Numbered from the stretch's first letter, positions 51,876 to 62,798 are shown. The stretch is 64,000 nucleotides of DNA from an uncultured Clostridia bacterium (GCA_944387435.1 CALXEW010000005.1:20789-84788); one strand, 5' to 3'. Program-made: numbers and translations. The notes: a model not told the origin generated them from the sequence alone.

Positions 51876-53178
51876 TTGCTTTTCTTAGCTCTAAATAACT
51901 TACTGCAAAGTTAAATATTTCACTTACATACATAGAAATAATAAAACCTAATATTCCAAGTTTTGGAAGTAGAAAGTATAATAAACTAATTGTTATAACA
52001 AGGTCAGCTATATTGCATAGCATGACCTTAAATTGTCTATTTAGACCTTTTAACATATTATCTATAATGTTATCTAGGTACATAAGTAAAATTAAAGGAG
52101 AAAGCATCCTTATGTATTTAGCACACTCTAAATTTTGAAATAAGCTTAAGCTTAAATTATTTGCAAAAATAAAACAAATAATACTTACAATTAATGAAAA
52201 GCAAGTAGTTATTATAAATATTTTATGACTTACACTAAGAATTCTTTTCTTATAACCTTTTGCCATTAAACTTGAAAATTCAGGTATAAGTAAAGAACTA
52301 AAAGAACCAATAAAAACAGTTGGAAATGTTATAACAGGTATTGCCATTCCAGTTATTCTTCCATATTCAGATAGTGCTAAAGTGTATGGAAGTCCAAATA
52401 AAACTAATCTATTTGGCACGATAAATTCTTTTAAGGTAGAAAGCCCTGAACGTATATAAGATGTAATTGAAACAGGAAGAGTTATATTTAAAATTTTCCT
52501 TTTATAACTTACTTCTTTTATTTTTGCTCTTTTATTAAAGAAGTTTTTATCAATTTTATATAATATAAATAAAAATGTGCAAGAAAATACTTCAGAAATT
52601 ACATCTGCTAAAATTAAACAAATACATACAGCTTCAACACTATTTAAATAAAAGTATTGTAATAAGATAATGCTAATTATAATTTTTACACTAAGCTCTA
52701 AAACTTGTGAAATAGCTGATTTATAAGCTTTTCTCACAGCCGAAAAATATCCATTTATTACAGAAGAGATTGCAATACAAGGAAGACCAATTGCAATTAA
52801 ATAAAATGGAATAGAAGAGACTTTATTATTTAACCAGTTGACGGAGATTATATTTGATAAAAGAATTATTAATATGCTACTTCCAATGCCTAAAAATATA
52901 GCAAATAAATTACAACTTCTAACAGCTTTTAAACCTTCTAAGAAATTTCCTTTAGCAAATTGTTCTGATACTAAATAAGTACAAGCAAGACTAAGACCAG
53001 AAGTTGCAAGTGTAATAAAAAACATATATACAGACATAACAAGAGAAAAAACGCCTACTGCTTCTGAACCTATTTTATTTGAAACATAGATATTAAAAAC
53101 CATACTTATACTTCTAGTAAATAAAGCTGTTAAAGTAAGTATAGAACCATTTATTAAAAACTTTTTTGTCCTTTTCAA
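51859..53178 (-). CDS. MOP-superfamily polysaccharide biosynthesis/flippase protein (SpoVB/Wzx-like)
   Basis: About 12-14 TM helices and a family-like N-terminus. Confidence 0.6.
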   Translation of the reverse strand: MKRTKKFLINGSILTLTALFTRSISMVFNIYVSNKIGSEAVGVFSLVMSVYMFFITLATSGLSLACTYLVSEQFAKGNFLEGLKAVRSCNLFAIFLGIGSSILIILLSNIISVNWLNNKVSSIPFYLIAIGLPCIAISSVINGYFSAVRKAYKSAISQVLELSVKIIISIILLQYFYLNSVEAVCICLILADVISEVFSCTFLFILYKIDKNFFNKRAKIKEVSYKRKILNITLPVSITSYIRSGLSTLKEFIVPNRLVLFGLPYTLALSEYGRITGMAIPVITFPTVFIGSFSSLLIPEFSSLMAKGYKKRILSVSHKIFIITTCFSLIVSIICFIFANNLSLSLFQNLECAKYIRMLSPLILLMYLDNIIDNMLKGLNRQFKVMLCNIADLVITISLLYFLLPKLGILGFIISMYVSEIFNFAVSYLELRKATKEVS

Positions 53179-53237
53179 TAATATTCACCATTTAATTCTA
53201 TTTAAAAAAATGTTAAAATATGATATATCTATATTAG

Positions 53238-53825
53238 GTGATAAATATGAAAAATGCTTTTGAATATTATGATAAAACTAAAAATTCTAATGTACCTAAA
53301 AATTTAAGAATGTTTATGGATATGAAAGTAGAAGCTGGAGTTTGTATAGACCTAGGGTGCGGAGCAGGTAGAGACACAGTTTTCTTAATAAAAAATGGTT
53401 GGAAAGTTATTGCAATTGATAAAGAAGATACTGAAAAAATGATTAGGAGTTCTTTAAACGAAGAAGAACAAAACTCTTTAGAATTTATAAAACAACATTT
53501 TGAAGATAATATTACTTTACAATCTTGTAATTTATTAGTTGCAAATGCTAGCTTATCTTTTTGTAATAAAGAAAATTTTAACGAGTTATGGAATAAAATT
53601 GTAAATTCTATTTCTAAAGATGGTTATTTTGTAGGTAATTTTTTTGGTATAAATGATACTTGGGCTAATAGACCTAATATGACATTTTTTACAAAGGAAG
53701 AAGTAATAAAATTATTTTCATCTTTTGAAATAATAAACTTTAAAGAAGTAGAGAAAAATGGAAAAACAGCTTTAGGAGTAGAAAAACATTGGCATGTATT
53801 TAATGTAATTGCAAAGAAAAAATAA
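53238..53825 (+). CDS. SAM-dependent methyltransferase (TehB-like)
   Basis: Motif I DLGCGAGRD. Confidence 0.7.
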   Translation: MINMKNAFEYYDKTKNSNVPKNLRMFMDMKVEAGVCIDLGCGAGRDTVFLIKNGWKVIAIDKEDTEKMIRSSLNEEEQNSLEFIKQHFEDNITLQSCNLLVANASLSFCNKENFNELWNKIVNSISKDGYFVGNFFGINDTWANRPNMTFFTKEEVIKLFSSFEIINFKEVEKNGKTALGVEKHWHVFNVIAKKK

Positions 53826-53849
53826 ATATTAAAATAAGAGGTAAAATAT

Positions 53850-54185
53850 ATGGATAGTAAAGATTATATTGGAAAAACTATAAAAGTAAAAATAGATAGG
53901 CCCTTGGGGTCTAAACATCCTAATTGGGATATGATTTATACTGTAAATTATGGTTATGTTCCAAACACTGTTAGTGGAGATGGAGAAGAGCTAGATTGTT
54001 ATGTTTTAGGTGTTTTTGAACCAATAGAAAAATTTGAAGGAAAATGTATTGCAGTTATTAGAAGAATTAAGGAAGATGATGATAAACTAATTATTGTTCC
54101 AGAAGATAAGAATTATTCAAATGAACAAATAAGAGCTTTAACAGAATTTCAAGAAAGATATTTTGAAAGTAAGATAATAAGATAA
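53850..54185 (+). CDS. Short inorganic-pyrophosphatase-family protein (111 aa; lacks the N-terminal third of family I PPases)
   Basis: YGYVPNTVSGDGEELDCYVLG...DDKLIIVP resembles the PPase core YGFIPxT..DGDPLDVLVL...DDKIIAVP. Confidence 0.45.
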   Translation: MDSKDYIGKTIKVKIDRPLGSKHPNWDMIYTVNYGYVPNTVSGDGEELDCYVLGVFEPIEKFEGKCIAVIRRIKEDDDKLIIVPEDKNYSNEQIRALTEFQERYFESKIIR

Positions 54186-54288
54186 ACATTATATTACAAA
54201 ATTATATTTTAGTTATTGTAAAATAAATGTCGAAAAATTTCCTTTTTTCATATGATATATAAAGGTTATATGAAAGGAGGAAGATTAT

Positions 54289-54870
54289 TTGGAGTTATAT
54301 GGAAAAAAGGTAGGGTTCGTACTTACAGGTTCATTTTGTACATTTAAAAAGACAATTCCTAAAATGAAAGAATTGATAGAAAAAGAAGGAGCAGACATTA
54401 TTCCTATAATGTCTTATAATAGTTATAATTTAGATACAAAATTTGGAAAAGCTAAAGATTTTATAAAGGAAATAGAAGATATAACAGGAAAAGAAATAAT
54501 TCATACAATACAGGGAGCAGAACCAATTGGCCCAAAGAAAATGACAGATATAATGGTAGTTGCTCCTTGCTCAGGTAATACAATGGCAAAACTTGCTTTA
54601 GATATAATAGATACACCGGCTGTAATGGCTTGTAAATCACATTTAAGAAATGATAGACCACTTGTTATTGCACCGTCAACTAATAATGGTTTAAGTGGGA
54701 ACGCAGAAAATATTGGTAAGTTATTAAATAGAAGAAATTATTATTTTGTACCATTTAGACAGGATAATCCAATAACAAAACCAAGGTCAATTGTATTTGA
54801 TGAAGATTACTTAATAAAAACTATAAAGTTTGCCTTAGATGGTGAGCAAATAAGTCCAATTTTGTTATAA
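54289..54870 (+). CDS. spoVFB: Dipicolinate synthase subunit B (flavoprotein)
   Basis: Family signature (GFVLTGSFCTF...VAPCSGNTMAKLALDIIDTPAVMA). Confidence 0.8.
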   Translation: MELYGKKVGFVLTGSFCTFKKTIPKMKELIEKEGADIIPIMSYNSYNLDTKFGKAKDFIKEIEDITGKEIIHTIQGAEPIGPKKMTDIMVVAPCSGNTMAKLALDIIDTPAVMACKSHLRNDRPLVIAPSTNNGLSGNAENIGKLLNRRNYYFVPFRQDNPITKPRSIVFDEDYLIKTIKFALDGEQISPILL

Positions 54871-55001
54871 ATATGATTATAAAAAGTATAAATTGAAAAA
54901 ATTTATACTTTTTTCATTAAGGAGTGACTTAAAAAAGTTGTTTATAAAATTAAAATGTGATAAAATCATAACGGAAAGTAATTAAGTATGGAGGAATAGT
55001 A

Positions 55002-55661
55002 ATGGAATACACAAATAAATATAATATGACAAAAGAACAAAATATATTTTTGGCTAAAAGAAACCTTGTAGATAGTATTTGGAAAAGTGCTAATTTAGAA
55101 GGAATTACAGTCACATACCCAGAGACTCAAGCTATTTTGGATGGGGGAAATGCAAATGGACTAAAAATGGATGAAATAGTTACTATAAATAACTTAAAAC
55201 ATGCTTGGTATTTTATATTAGAAAATGAGGACGTCCCTAATAATTTTAATATATTAAGAGAAATAAATAAAATTGTAGGTGCTAATCTAATAATAAATTG
55301 TGGAGATTTAAGAACAACTCCTGTAACTATAGGTGGAACAGATTGGAAGCCGCCATTTCCTATTGAATCTCAGATAAAAGAAGAATTAGAAGAACTTTTA
55401 AAAATAGAAAACAAAACAGAAAGAGCAATAACAATTATGCTATGGGGAATGAGAAGACAAATGTTTATCGATGGAAATAAAAGGACTTCTATGTTATTTG
55501 CTAATAAAATAATGATAGAAAATGGATGTGGGATAATAACAATTCCTGTAAAAAAACAACAAGACTTTTTTACTAAATTACTTAATTTTTATGAAACAAA
55601 TGAAATGGAAGACTTAAAAAAATGGGTATATGATAATTGCATTGATGGAATAGATTTTTAA
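55002..55661 (+). CDS. Fic/Doc-family protein with a degenerate, Doc-like motif (QMFIDGNKRTS; the His is absent)
   Basis: Fic N-terminal fold signature (SANLEGITVTYPETQAIL) and a GNKR motif. Confidence 0.5.
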   Translation: MEYTNKYNMTKEQNIFLAKRNLVDSIWKSANLEGITVTYPETQAILDGGNANGLKMDEIVTINNLKHAWYFILENEDVPNNFNILREINKIVGANLIINCGDLRTTPVTIGGTDWKPPFPIESQIKEELEELLKIENKTERAITIMLWGMRRQMFIDGNKRTSMLFANKIMIENGCGIITIPVKKQQDFFTKLLNFYETNEMEDLKKWVYDNCIDGIDF

Positions 55662-55752
55662 AAGAGCATTTAGCTCTTTTTCTTATTGTAAAATTAATAT
55701 ATTTGTGATAAATTATATTAAACATTAATAAATAAAAAGCAAAAGGAGATTT

Positions 55753-56400
55753 ATGGATAATTTAATAGAAAGAATAACTAAATTTAATGAGGAATTATAT
55801 AGTAAAGAAAAAAGTAGATTGGAAAATCAAGAAAAATCTTTTAAAGTAATTAAAGGAAAAATTCCTATTATAGTATCTGCTCCACATAGTATAAAACAAT
55901 TAAGAAAAGTAAAAGAAGCAGAATACCAAACGGGAGCAATAGTTTCTATTCTTGCTGAAGAGACAAAATGTTTTGCAATATATAAAACATATAATAATTT
56001 TGATGATGCAAATTATGATATAGAAAATAATGAATATAAAGAAGAAATAAAACACATAGTAAAAGAAGATAATATTAAGATACTTTTAGATATTCACGGT
56101 GCAAAAGATGAACATAGTTTTGATATAGACTTAGGAACAGCATATGGTGAAAATATAAATAATAATATAGAAATATTGAAGAGTTTGAGGGATTGTTTTA
56201 AAAAGTATAAAATAGAAAATGTTACAGAAAATGAAACTTTTAAGGCAGATAGTATAAGGACAATTGGTAAATATATAAATAAAAAAACTAAAATCCCATG
56301 TATTCAGTTAGAAATATCATGGAAATATAGAAATTTAGATAATTTAGATAATATTGAAAGATTAATAAAAGCTTTGAAAGAATTTATATTAAGTTTTTAG
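55753..56400 (+). CDS. Hypothetical protein, N-formylglutamate amidohydrolase-like
   Basis: IIVSAPHS...LLDIHG motifs. Weak assignment. Confidence 0.35.
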   Translation: MDNLIERITKFNEELYSKEKSRLENQEKSFKVIKGKIPIIVSAPHSIKQLRKVKEAEYQTGAIVSILAEETKCFAIYKTYNNFDDANYDIENNEYKEEIKHIVKEDNIKILLDIHGAKDEHSFDIDLGTAYGENINNNIEILKSLRDCFKKYKIENVTENETFKADSIRTIGKYINKKTKIPCIQLEISWKYRNLDNLDNIERLIKALKEFILSF

Positions 56401-56409
56401 GAGGGAATT

Positions 56410-58176
56410 ATGGAATCAAAATATAATTGGAATTTAAAAGAAATTTTTGAAAGTAGAGAAGAGTTTGATAAGACAAAAAAAGAATTAGAAGAAGATTTAG
56501 AAGGAATTAATAGTTATCAAGGAAAACTATGCAGTAGCTCAGACAATCTTTATAATTGTTATAATTTATATGAAAAAGCATTAGAAAAATATGAAAAATT
56601 ATATGGTTATGGAATGCTTTATTATAATTTAGATATGTCAAACCAAGAAGGAATAAAATTATATAAAGAGGTAGAAAGTATAGGTACAGAGTTTAATACA
56701 AAGGTTTCTTTTATGACACCAGAAATAACATATAGCGAAAATGGTGTTGTTGAAAAATACTTATCTGAAGATGAAAGATTAGAAAGATATAAAAGAGATA
56801 TTTTGGATATCTTAAAAGAAAAAGAACATATATTAAGTAAAGAAGAAGAAAATTTACTTGCAAACTATTCAGAGCTATTTTCTGCTCCTGAAAATACATT
56901 TGATATTTTAACAAATGCAGAATTTAAATTTGGAAATTTAAAAGATGAAAATGGGGAAGAGGTAGAGCTAACAGAAAGTAATTACACTATTTATCTAAAA
57001 AGTCAAAATGAAGATGTAAGAAAACAAGCATTTAATCTTATGTATAAGCAATATAGCAAGTTTGTAAATACAATTACAGAATTATATTTAGCAAATGTGA
57101 AGGCAACATCTGTTTCAGCAAAACTTAGAAAATATAAATCTAGTTTAGAGAAAGCTGTAACAAATGATGATGCAAGTATTAAAGTTTATAATTCATTAAT
57201 AGAGTCTATACATGAAGGACTTAAAGTAAATCATGAATTTATTGATTTAAAGAAAAAAATATTAAAAAAAGAAGATTTCCATATGTATGATTTATATGTA
57301 AATCCATTTGAAATAGAAAAAGATGAAATAACATTTGAAGATGCCAGAAAAGAAGTAGAAAATGCTTTATCTGTTATGGGAGAAGAATACTTAAATAAGT
57401 TAAAAGAAGCATTTGATAATAACTGGATAGATGTATATGCAAAAACTAACAAAAAAGGTGGAGCATATAGTATGGGAATATATAATGTTCATCCATTTGT
57501 ACTTTTAAATTTTGTAAATAGCAAAAGAGATGTAAGTACAATTGCACATGAGTTAGGACACAGTATGCATTCATATTATTCAAGTTCAAACCAAACAATA
57601 ATAGATGCTGATTATACAATTATGACAGCAGAAGTTGCATCAACTGTAAATGAAATATTATTAAGTAATTATCAAATAGAACATGAAAAAGATAAAACAA
57701 AAAGAGCTGAATTACTATATGAACTATTGGAAATGATAAGAGCAACATTATTTAGACAATCTATGTTTGCTGAATTTGAAAAAATAGTTCATGAGAAGAT
57801 AGAAAATGGAGAAACACTTTCTTCTGAAGATTTAAATGAAATATATTACAGTCTAAATAAAGACTATTTTGGTAATAATATGATAGTAGATGAAAATATA
57901 AAATATGAATGGGAGAGAATACCTCATTTTTATACAGATTTCTATGTATATAAATATGCAACTGGAATATCTGCAGCAATTAGCATTGCAACTAACATAT
58001 TAAAACAAGGTGAACCTTTTGTTAGAAGATATATAGAAATGTTAAAACAAGGATGTTCTAAAAAGTCTATTGATTTATTAAAAATGGTAGATGTAGACTT
58101 AGAAGAAAAAGCCGTATATAAAGATGCTATTAACTTCTATCATGAAAAAATGAAAGAGTTAAAAGAATTAATATAG
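56410..58176 (+). CDS. pepF: Oligoendopeptidase F (M3B)
   Basis: HELGHSMH zinc motif. 588 aa. Confidence 0.9.
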   Translation: MESKYNWNLKEIFESREEFDKTKKELEEDLEGINSYQGKLCSSSDNLYNCYNLYEKALEKYEKLYGYGMLYYNLDMSNQEGIKLYKEVESIGTEFNTKVSFMTPEITYSENGVVEKYLSEDERLERYKRDILDILKEKEHILSKEEENLLANYSELFSAPENTFDILTNAEFKFGNLKDENGEEVELTESNYTIYLKSQNEDVRKQAFNLMYKQYSKFVNTITELYLANVKATSVSAKLRKYKSSLEKAVTNDDASIKVYNSLIESIHEGLKVNHEFIDLKKKILKKEDFHMYDLYVNPFEIEKDEITFEDARKEVENALSVMGEEYLNKLKEAFDNNWIDVYAKTNKKGGAYSMGIYNVHPFVLLNFVNSKRDVSTIAHELGHSMHSYYSSSNQTIIDADYTIMTAEVASTVNEILLSNYQIEHEKDKTKRAELLYELLEMIRATLFRQSMFAEFEKIVHEKIENGETLSSEDLNEIYYSLNKDYFGNNMIVDENIKYEWERIPHFYTDFYVYKYATGISAAISIATNILKQGEPFVRRYIEMLKQGCSKKSIDLLKMVDVDLEEKAVYKDAINFYHEKMKELKELI

Positions 58177-58184
58177 GAGAATGT

Positions 58185-58988
58185 ATGGAAAAAGTTGATA
58201 AATTAGAATACAAGATATTAGGTATTAGTATATGGAAGATTTTTACGTATTTTATTGTTTATAGCATTTTAGGTTATATTATAGAAACTTTATTTGCAAT
58301 AGTAACAATGGGAGTATGGGAATCAAGGCAAAGCTTTTTATATGGTCCTTTTCTTGGAATTTATGGATTGGGCGCTGTTTTCATCATATTATTCTCACAA
58401 TATTTTGACAAAAATAATTTTAACTTATTTATAGGGGGATATATAATTGGAACCTTTACAGAATATATAATAAGTTTTTTAACAGAAAGCATTTTAGAAA
58501 CAAAATGGTGGGATTATTCAGGTAAAATTTTAAATATAAATGGTAGAGTATGCTTATTATATTCTATATTTTGGGGAATCCTAACAGTATTCTTAGTAAA
58601 AAAAGTAAATCCTAAAATAGATAAGGTATGTAATAAACTACAAGAAAAGATTTCAAAAAAGGTTCTAAAAATTGTGGTTACAGTATTAATAGTGTTTTTG
58701 GCAATAGACTGTGTTGCAACTTGCTATGCGCAAGATCAATTTATAACAAGAGTGATTGTTGAACACAACATTCCTGTATATAATCAAGCTCAAGTAAAAG
58801 AGAAATATGATAGAGTTAAAGAAAATAAGAATTTAGATAAATTTATAAATACTGCTTGGGGAAATGAAAAGATGATTAGAACATTTCCTAATATTAAAAT
58901 ACAAGATAAAGATTATAATACTATATATTTAGCTAGTCTATTACCAGAAATTAAACCATATTATATGAAATTGTTTACTAAAAAATAG
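58185..58988 (+). CDS. Integral membrane protein (6 TM helices)
   Basis: Hydropathy. Confidence 0.5.
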   Translation: MEKVDKLEYKILGISIWKIFTYFIVYSILGYIIETLFAIVTMGVWESRQSFLYGPFLGIYGLGAVFIILFSQYFDKNNFNLFIGGYIIGTFTEYIISFLTESILETKWWDYSGKILNINGRVCLLYSIFWGILTVFLVKKVNPKIDKVCNKLQEKISKKVLKIVVTVLIVFLAIDCVATCYAQDQFITRVIVEHNIPVYNQAQVKEKYDRVKENKNLDKFINTAWGNEKMIRTFPNIKIQDKDYNTIYLASLLPEIKPYYMKLFTKK

Positions 58989-59016
58989 AAGGATTTTTAT
59001 TCCTTCTATTTTTTAG
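58987..59016. terminator. Bidirectional terminator
   Basis: agaagga/tccttct hairpin flanked by A- and T-runs. Confidence 0.6.
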
Positions 59017-59023
59017 TTCATAA

Positions 59024-60016
59024 CTATAAATTAGCAAGTGGATTTCTTTCAACTGCACTTCTTACTTGGTCGCTATTTACATGAGTATATATTTCAGTAG
59101 TGGAGATGCTTTCATGACCTAATAGTTCTTGCAATGCTCTTATATCAACTTCGCCATATTGATACATAAGAGTTGCAGCAGTATGTCTTAACTTGTGGAC
59201 AGAATATTTTCTACTGTCTAATCCTGCTTCCATAAGTTCTTTATTAATAATATATTGAACAGTCCTATTACTAATTCTTTCTTTTCTTTCACTTAAAAAC
59301 AATGCTTTTTCTGAATTCTTACTATCATGTTTTATTCCTTGCTTAGGACGAACTTGTAAATAAGCAGATAAAGCTTTCATACAGGCGTTATTTAAGTAAA
59401 TTGTTCTTTCTTTATTCCCTTTACCAATAACAGTTAATTTACATTCTTCAAAATCTATATCATTAATGTTTATACCTACAAGTTCAGAAAGACGCATGCC
59501 ACAATTTAAAAATAGGGTAGTTATTGCATAATCTCTTTCGTGATTTCTATTATCTTCATTAGAAGCAGCATCTAGAAGTCTTTTACTATCATCTAATGAT
59601 AAATATTTAGGAAGTCTTTTATCTTTTTTAGGTGTTTTTAGATTTAATGCAGGATTATGGTCTAATAAAAACTTTTGACTTGCATCTTGTGATAGGTATT
59701 TAAAAAATATACGTATAGTAGATATTTTCCTTGCTCTAGTAGCTGCTTTGCTATTAAAAGTTGTTGTTAAATATCCTAAGAAAGCATGGATATCATCAAG
59801 TTCTATTTTCTTTATTACATCAAATGGTAAATCCTTAATTTTAATTTTGTTAAAATCAGTTTCTTTAGTTAGATGAAAATGTATTTTTATGAATTTAAGA
59901 AACATCGCTAAATCATAATTATATTCTTTAATACTATTAGGTGATTTATTTAATATAGTTGTAGAATAATCTAAGAAAGCATTTATATAATCTGGATTTT
60001 CTTCTCTTTTTATCAT
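59024..60016 (-). CDS. Tyrosine site-specific recombinase (XerC/XerD / phage-integrase family)
   Basis: C-terminal R...HxxR...Y catalytic region (HKLRHTAAT...LGHESISTTEIYTHV). Confidence 0.8.
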   Translation of the reverse strand: MIKREENPDYINAFLDYSTTILNKSPNSIKEYNYDLAMFLKFIKIHFHLTKETDFNKIKIKDLPFDVIKKIELDDIHAFLGYLTTTFNSKAATRARKISTIRIFFKYLSQDASQKFLLDHNPALNLKTPKKDKRLPKYLSLDDSKRLLDAASNEDNRNHERDYAITTLFLNCGMRLSELVGININDIDFEECKLTVIGKGNKERTIYLNNACMKALSAYLQVRPKQGIKHDSKNSEKALFLSERKERISNRTVQYIINKELMEAGLDSRKYSVHKLRHTAATLMYQYGEVDIRALQELLGHESISTTEIYTHVNSDQVRSAVERNPLANL

Positions 60017-60171
60017 ATGTATCACACTCCGTTCATATTTATTTTATATTATATAGTAAAATAATAAAAATGCAACAAGATTTTTGAAATTTTGTGCAAT
60101 GTTTTTTAGGGTTTCTATTTTTACTAATTTGTGATATACTATAACTACTTTTAAAAGAAAGAAGTGATTTA

Positions 60172-62700
60172 ATGAGGAAAAGAAGGTCAAGGCACTCAAG
60201 TAATGTAGACGAAGAGCCAAAAGCCGTTAGAGAAATGAAAAAGAATAAAAATAAACAACTAGAAAAGGAAAACAAAAATCCTAAAAAAAATAAAATAGAT
60301 AAAAAGAAAAGAAAGAAAAAAATAATTTTGACAATTATAGTTATAATTGTGTTAATAGTAGGAGTTACATTAGGGGTTTCTGCACATACATGGACAACGC
60401 TTGCTAAAGATATGGTTTCTAACGAAAGCTCAATTGTAATTGATACTGATGGAAATACAATAGCTAAGCTTGGAGACGAAAGAATAAAATCAAACATTTC
60501 TTATGAAGAAATGCCAGATAATCTAAAAAATGCATATGTAGCAATAGAAGATGAAAGGTTTTATTCACACCATGGCGTTGATATAAAAAGGACAGCTTCA
60601 GCAATTTTTAATTATGTAATACATTTTGGTTCATCTTCGTTTGGAGGAAGTACAATTACACAGCAATTAGTTAAAAATTTAACTGGAGATAATACAGACA
60701 GTGTTATAAGAAAAGTAAAAGAATGGTGGAAAGCATTTCTTCTAGAAACGTCACTTTCTAAGGAAGAAATATTAGAAGGATATTTAAATATCATATATGT
60801 TGGACCAAGTATATATGGAGTAGATGCTGGAGCACAGTATTATTTTAACAAATCTGCAAGTGAATTAAGTTTGGAAGAATGTGCATTTTTAGCAGGGATA
60901 AATCATTCGCCTAATTCTTATAACCCCTTTGGAGATACAGACAATAGTGAAAAAATAAGGAATAGAACTATTACTGTTTTAGATAAAATGCTAGAACTTG
61001 GTTATATTAATGACAATGAACATAATGAAGCTGTTTCGAATGTAGAAGCAGGATTAGATTTTGATAATGGTGATGTTGAAGCTAAGAGTGATGGGGTATA
61101 TTCTTATCATACAGACGCATTAATCCTAGAAATTACTGAAGATGTTGAAGACAAGTATAATATTTCCGAAGATTTTGCTACTAATTATATTAATATGGCA
61201 GGGTTAACTATACATAGTACCCAAGATAGTGATATCCAAAAAGAAACTGAAAAAGAAGCTGCAAAAAGTAAATATGTCCTTAAATCACAAACAGGTGGAG
61301 ATTCTTCACAAGCAGCTATGGTAGTAATGGACCATAAGACAGGAGAGGTTTTATCTTGTGTAGGAGCTTTAGGAGAAAAAACAGAAGCAAGAACTTTTAA
61401 CCGTGCAACTCAAAGTGTAAGACAAACAGGTTCTGCAATTAAGCCTATAGCAGTACTTGCACCCGCCATTGATAAAAAAATAATTACAGCATCTTCTGTA
61501 TATGATGATACAGAACAAGATTTTGAAAATGGATATCATCCTGTAGATTATAATAAGGCTTTAGGGAAAATAACAGTAAGAAGAGCTGTAGAATCTTCAC
61601 AAAATATTCCTTTTGTAGAAATTATGGAAGAATTAACTCCTAAAACTGCTATTGAATATTTGGAAAAAATGGGAATTACATCTTTAACTGAAAATGATGA
61701 AGGCTTACCTTTAGCCTTAGGAGGATTAGATAAAGGAATTAGTCCTCTTCAAATGGCAGGAGCATACAGCACAATTGCAAATGATGGAGTTTATATAGAG
61801 CCAACATTTTATACGCAAATTGATAGACAAAATGGTTCTAAAGCATTAGAAAGTAAACAAGAAAGCAAAAGAGTATTTTCAAAAGAAGTGGCTTACATTT
61901 TAAAAAGCTTATTAACACAACCTGTTGTTGGAGAAAATGGAACAGCTACTTATTGTGAAATCTCTGGCGTAGATGTAGCAGCAAAAACAGGTACTACAGA
62001 CGAAAACTATGATAGATGGCTTTGTGGATTTACTCCGTATTATACAGCTGTAACTTGGTATGGATTTGACCAAAACGAAACAATTGATTTTAATGGAAGA
62101 AATCCAGCCGGCTTAATTTGGGCTAATGTAATGGCAAGAATTCATACAGGTCTACAAACAGCAAGATTTGAAAAGCCAAGCATGGTTTTAAGTGCAACAG
62201 TATGTTCAGAAACAGGTATGAGGGCAACTACTGGATGTCCTAATACTTATACAGAATATTACTTATGGTTTACAACACCTGATACATGTAATAAACATCA
62301 AGGAGAAGAAGTAAAAGAGGAAACAAACACAAATACTAATACAAGTAATAATACTATTGAAATAGTTCAAGGAATTACTGAAGAAATAGATGAAAAAGAA
62401 CCACCAAGAACAACTGAACCCACAGATAGTAGAGATACTATAAATTCTTCTTTAGATGATGATAATAACAATAATTCTAATACAACAAATACTTCTAATT
62501 CAAATACTAATAATACATCAAGGCCGTCAAGACCGGGTAATAATACAAATACAACAAATACAAATAATAATTCAACAACAAATACTAATACAAATCAATC
62601 AAATTCGTCATCAAGTAATAGTAATCTAACTGGAAGTAATACAATAGATGAAGAAATAAGTTCTGATGAAAATACAAATACACAGTCAAGTGAAGAATAA
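60172..62700 (+). CDS. Penicillin-binding protein 1A (bifunctional GTase/TPase) with a long N/T/S-rich C-terminal tail
   Basis: GT51 motifs (EDERFYSHHG, GGSTITQQ) and TPase SxxK (SAIK), SxN, KTG. Confidence 0.9.
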   Translation: MRKRRSRHSSNVDEEPKAVREMKKNKNKQLEKENKNPKKNKIDKKKRKKKIILTIIVIIVLIVGVTLGVSAHTWTTLAKDMVSNESSIVIDTDGNTIAKLGDERIKSNISYEEMPDNLKNAYVAIEDERFYSHHGVDIKRTASAIFNYVIHFGSSSFGGSTITQQLVKNLTGDNTDSVIRKVKEWWKAFLLETSLSKEEILEGYLNIIYVGPSIYGVDAGAQYYFNKSASELSLEECAFLAGINHSPNSYNPFGDTDNSEKIRNRTITVLDKMLELGYINDNEHNEAVSNVEAGLDFDNGDVEAKSDGVYSYHTDALILEITEDVEDKYNISEDFATNYINMAGLTIHSTQDSDIQKETEKEAAKSKYVLKSQTGGDSSQAAMVVMDHKTGEVLSCVGALGEKTEARTFNRATQSVRQTGSAIKPIAVLAPAIDKKIITASSVYDDTEQDFENGYHPVDYNKALGKITVRRAVESSQNIPFVEIMEELTPKTAIEYLEKMGITSLTENDEGLPLALGGLDKGISPLQMAGAYSTIANDGVYIEPTFYTQIDRQNGSKALESKQESKRVFSKEVAYILKSLLTQPVVGENGTATYCEISGVDVAAKTGTTDENYDRWLCGFTPYYTAVTWYGFDQNETIDFNGRNPAGLIWANVMARIHTGLQTARFEKPSMVLSATVCSETGMRATTGCPNTYTEYYLWFTTPDTCNKHQGEEVKEETNTNTNTSNNTIEIVQGITEEIDEKEPPRTTEPTDSRDTINSSLDDDNNNNSNTTNTSNSNTNNTSRPSRPGNNTNTTNTNNNSTTNTNTNQSNSSSSNSNLTGSNTIDEEISSDENTNTQSSEE

Positions 62701-62798
62701 CAAAAAAATAGAAATTTTGAATGCGTATATTTTAAAATGTTTACTTGGAATTTATCTAAAAAAATATTAAATATATTATATAAAATCTAGAGGATATA

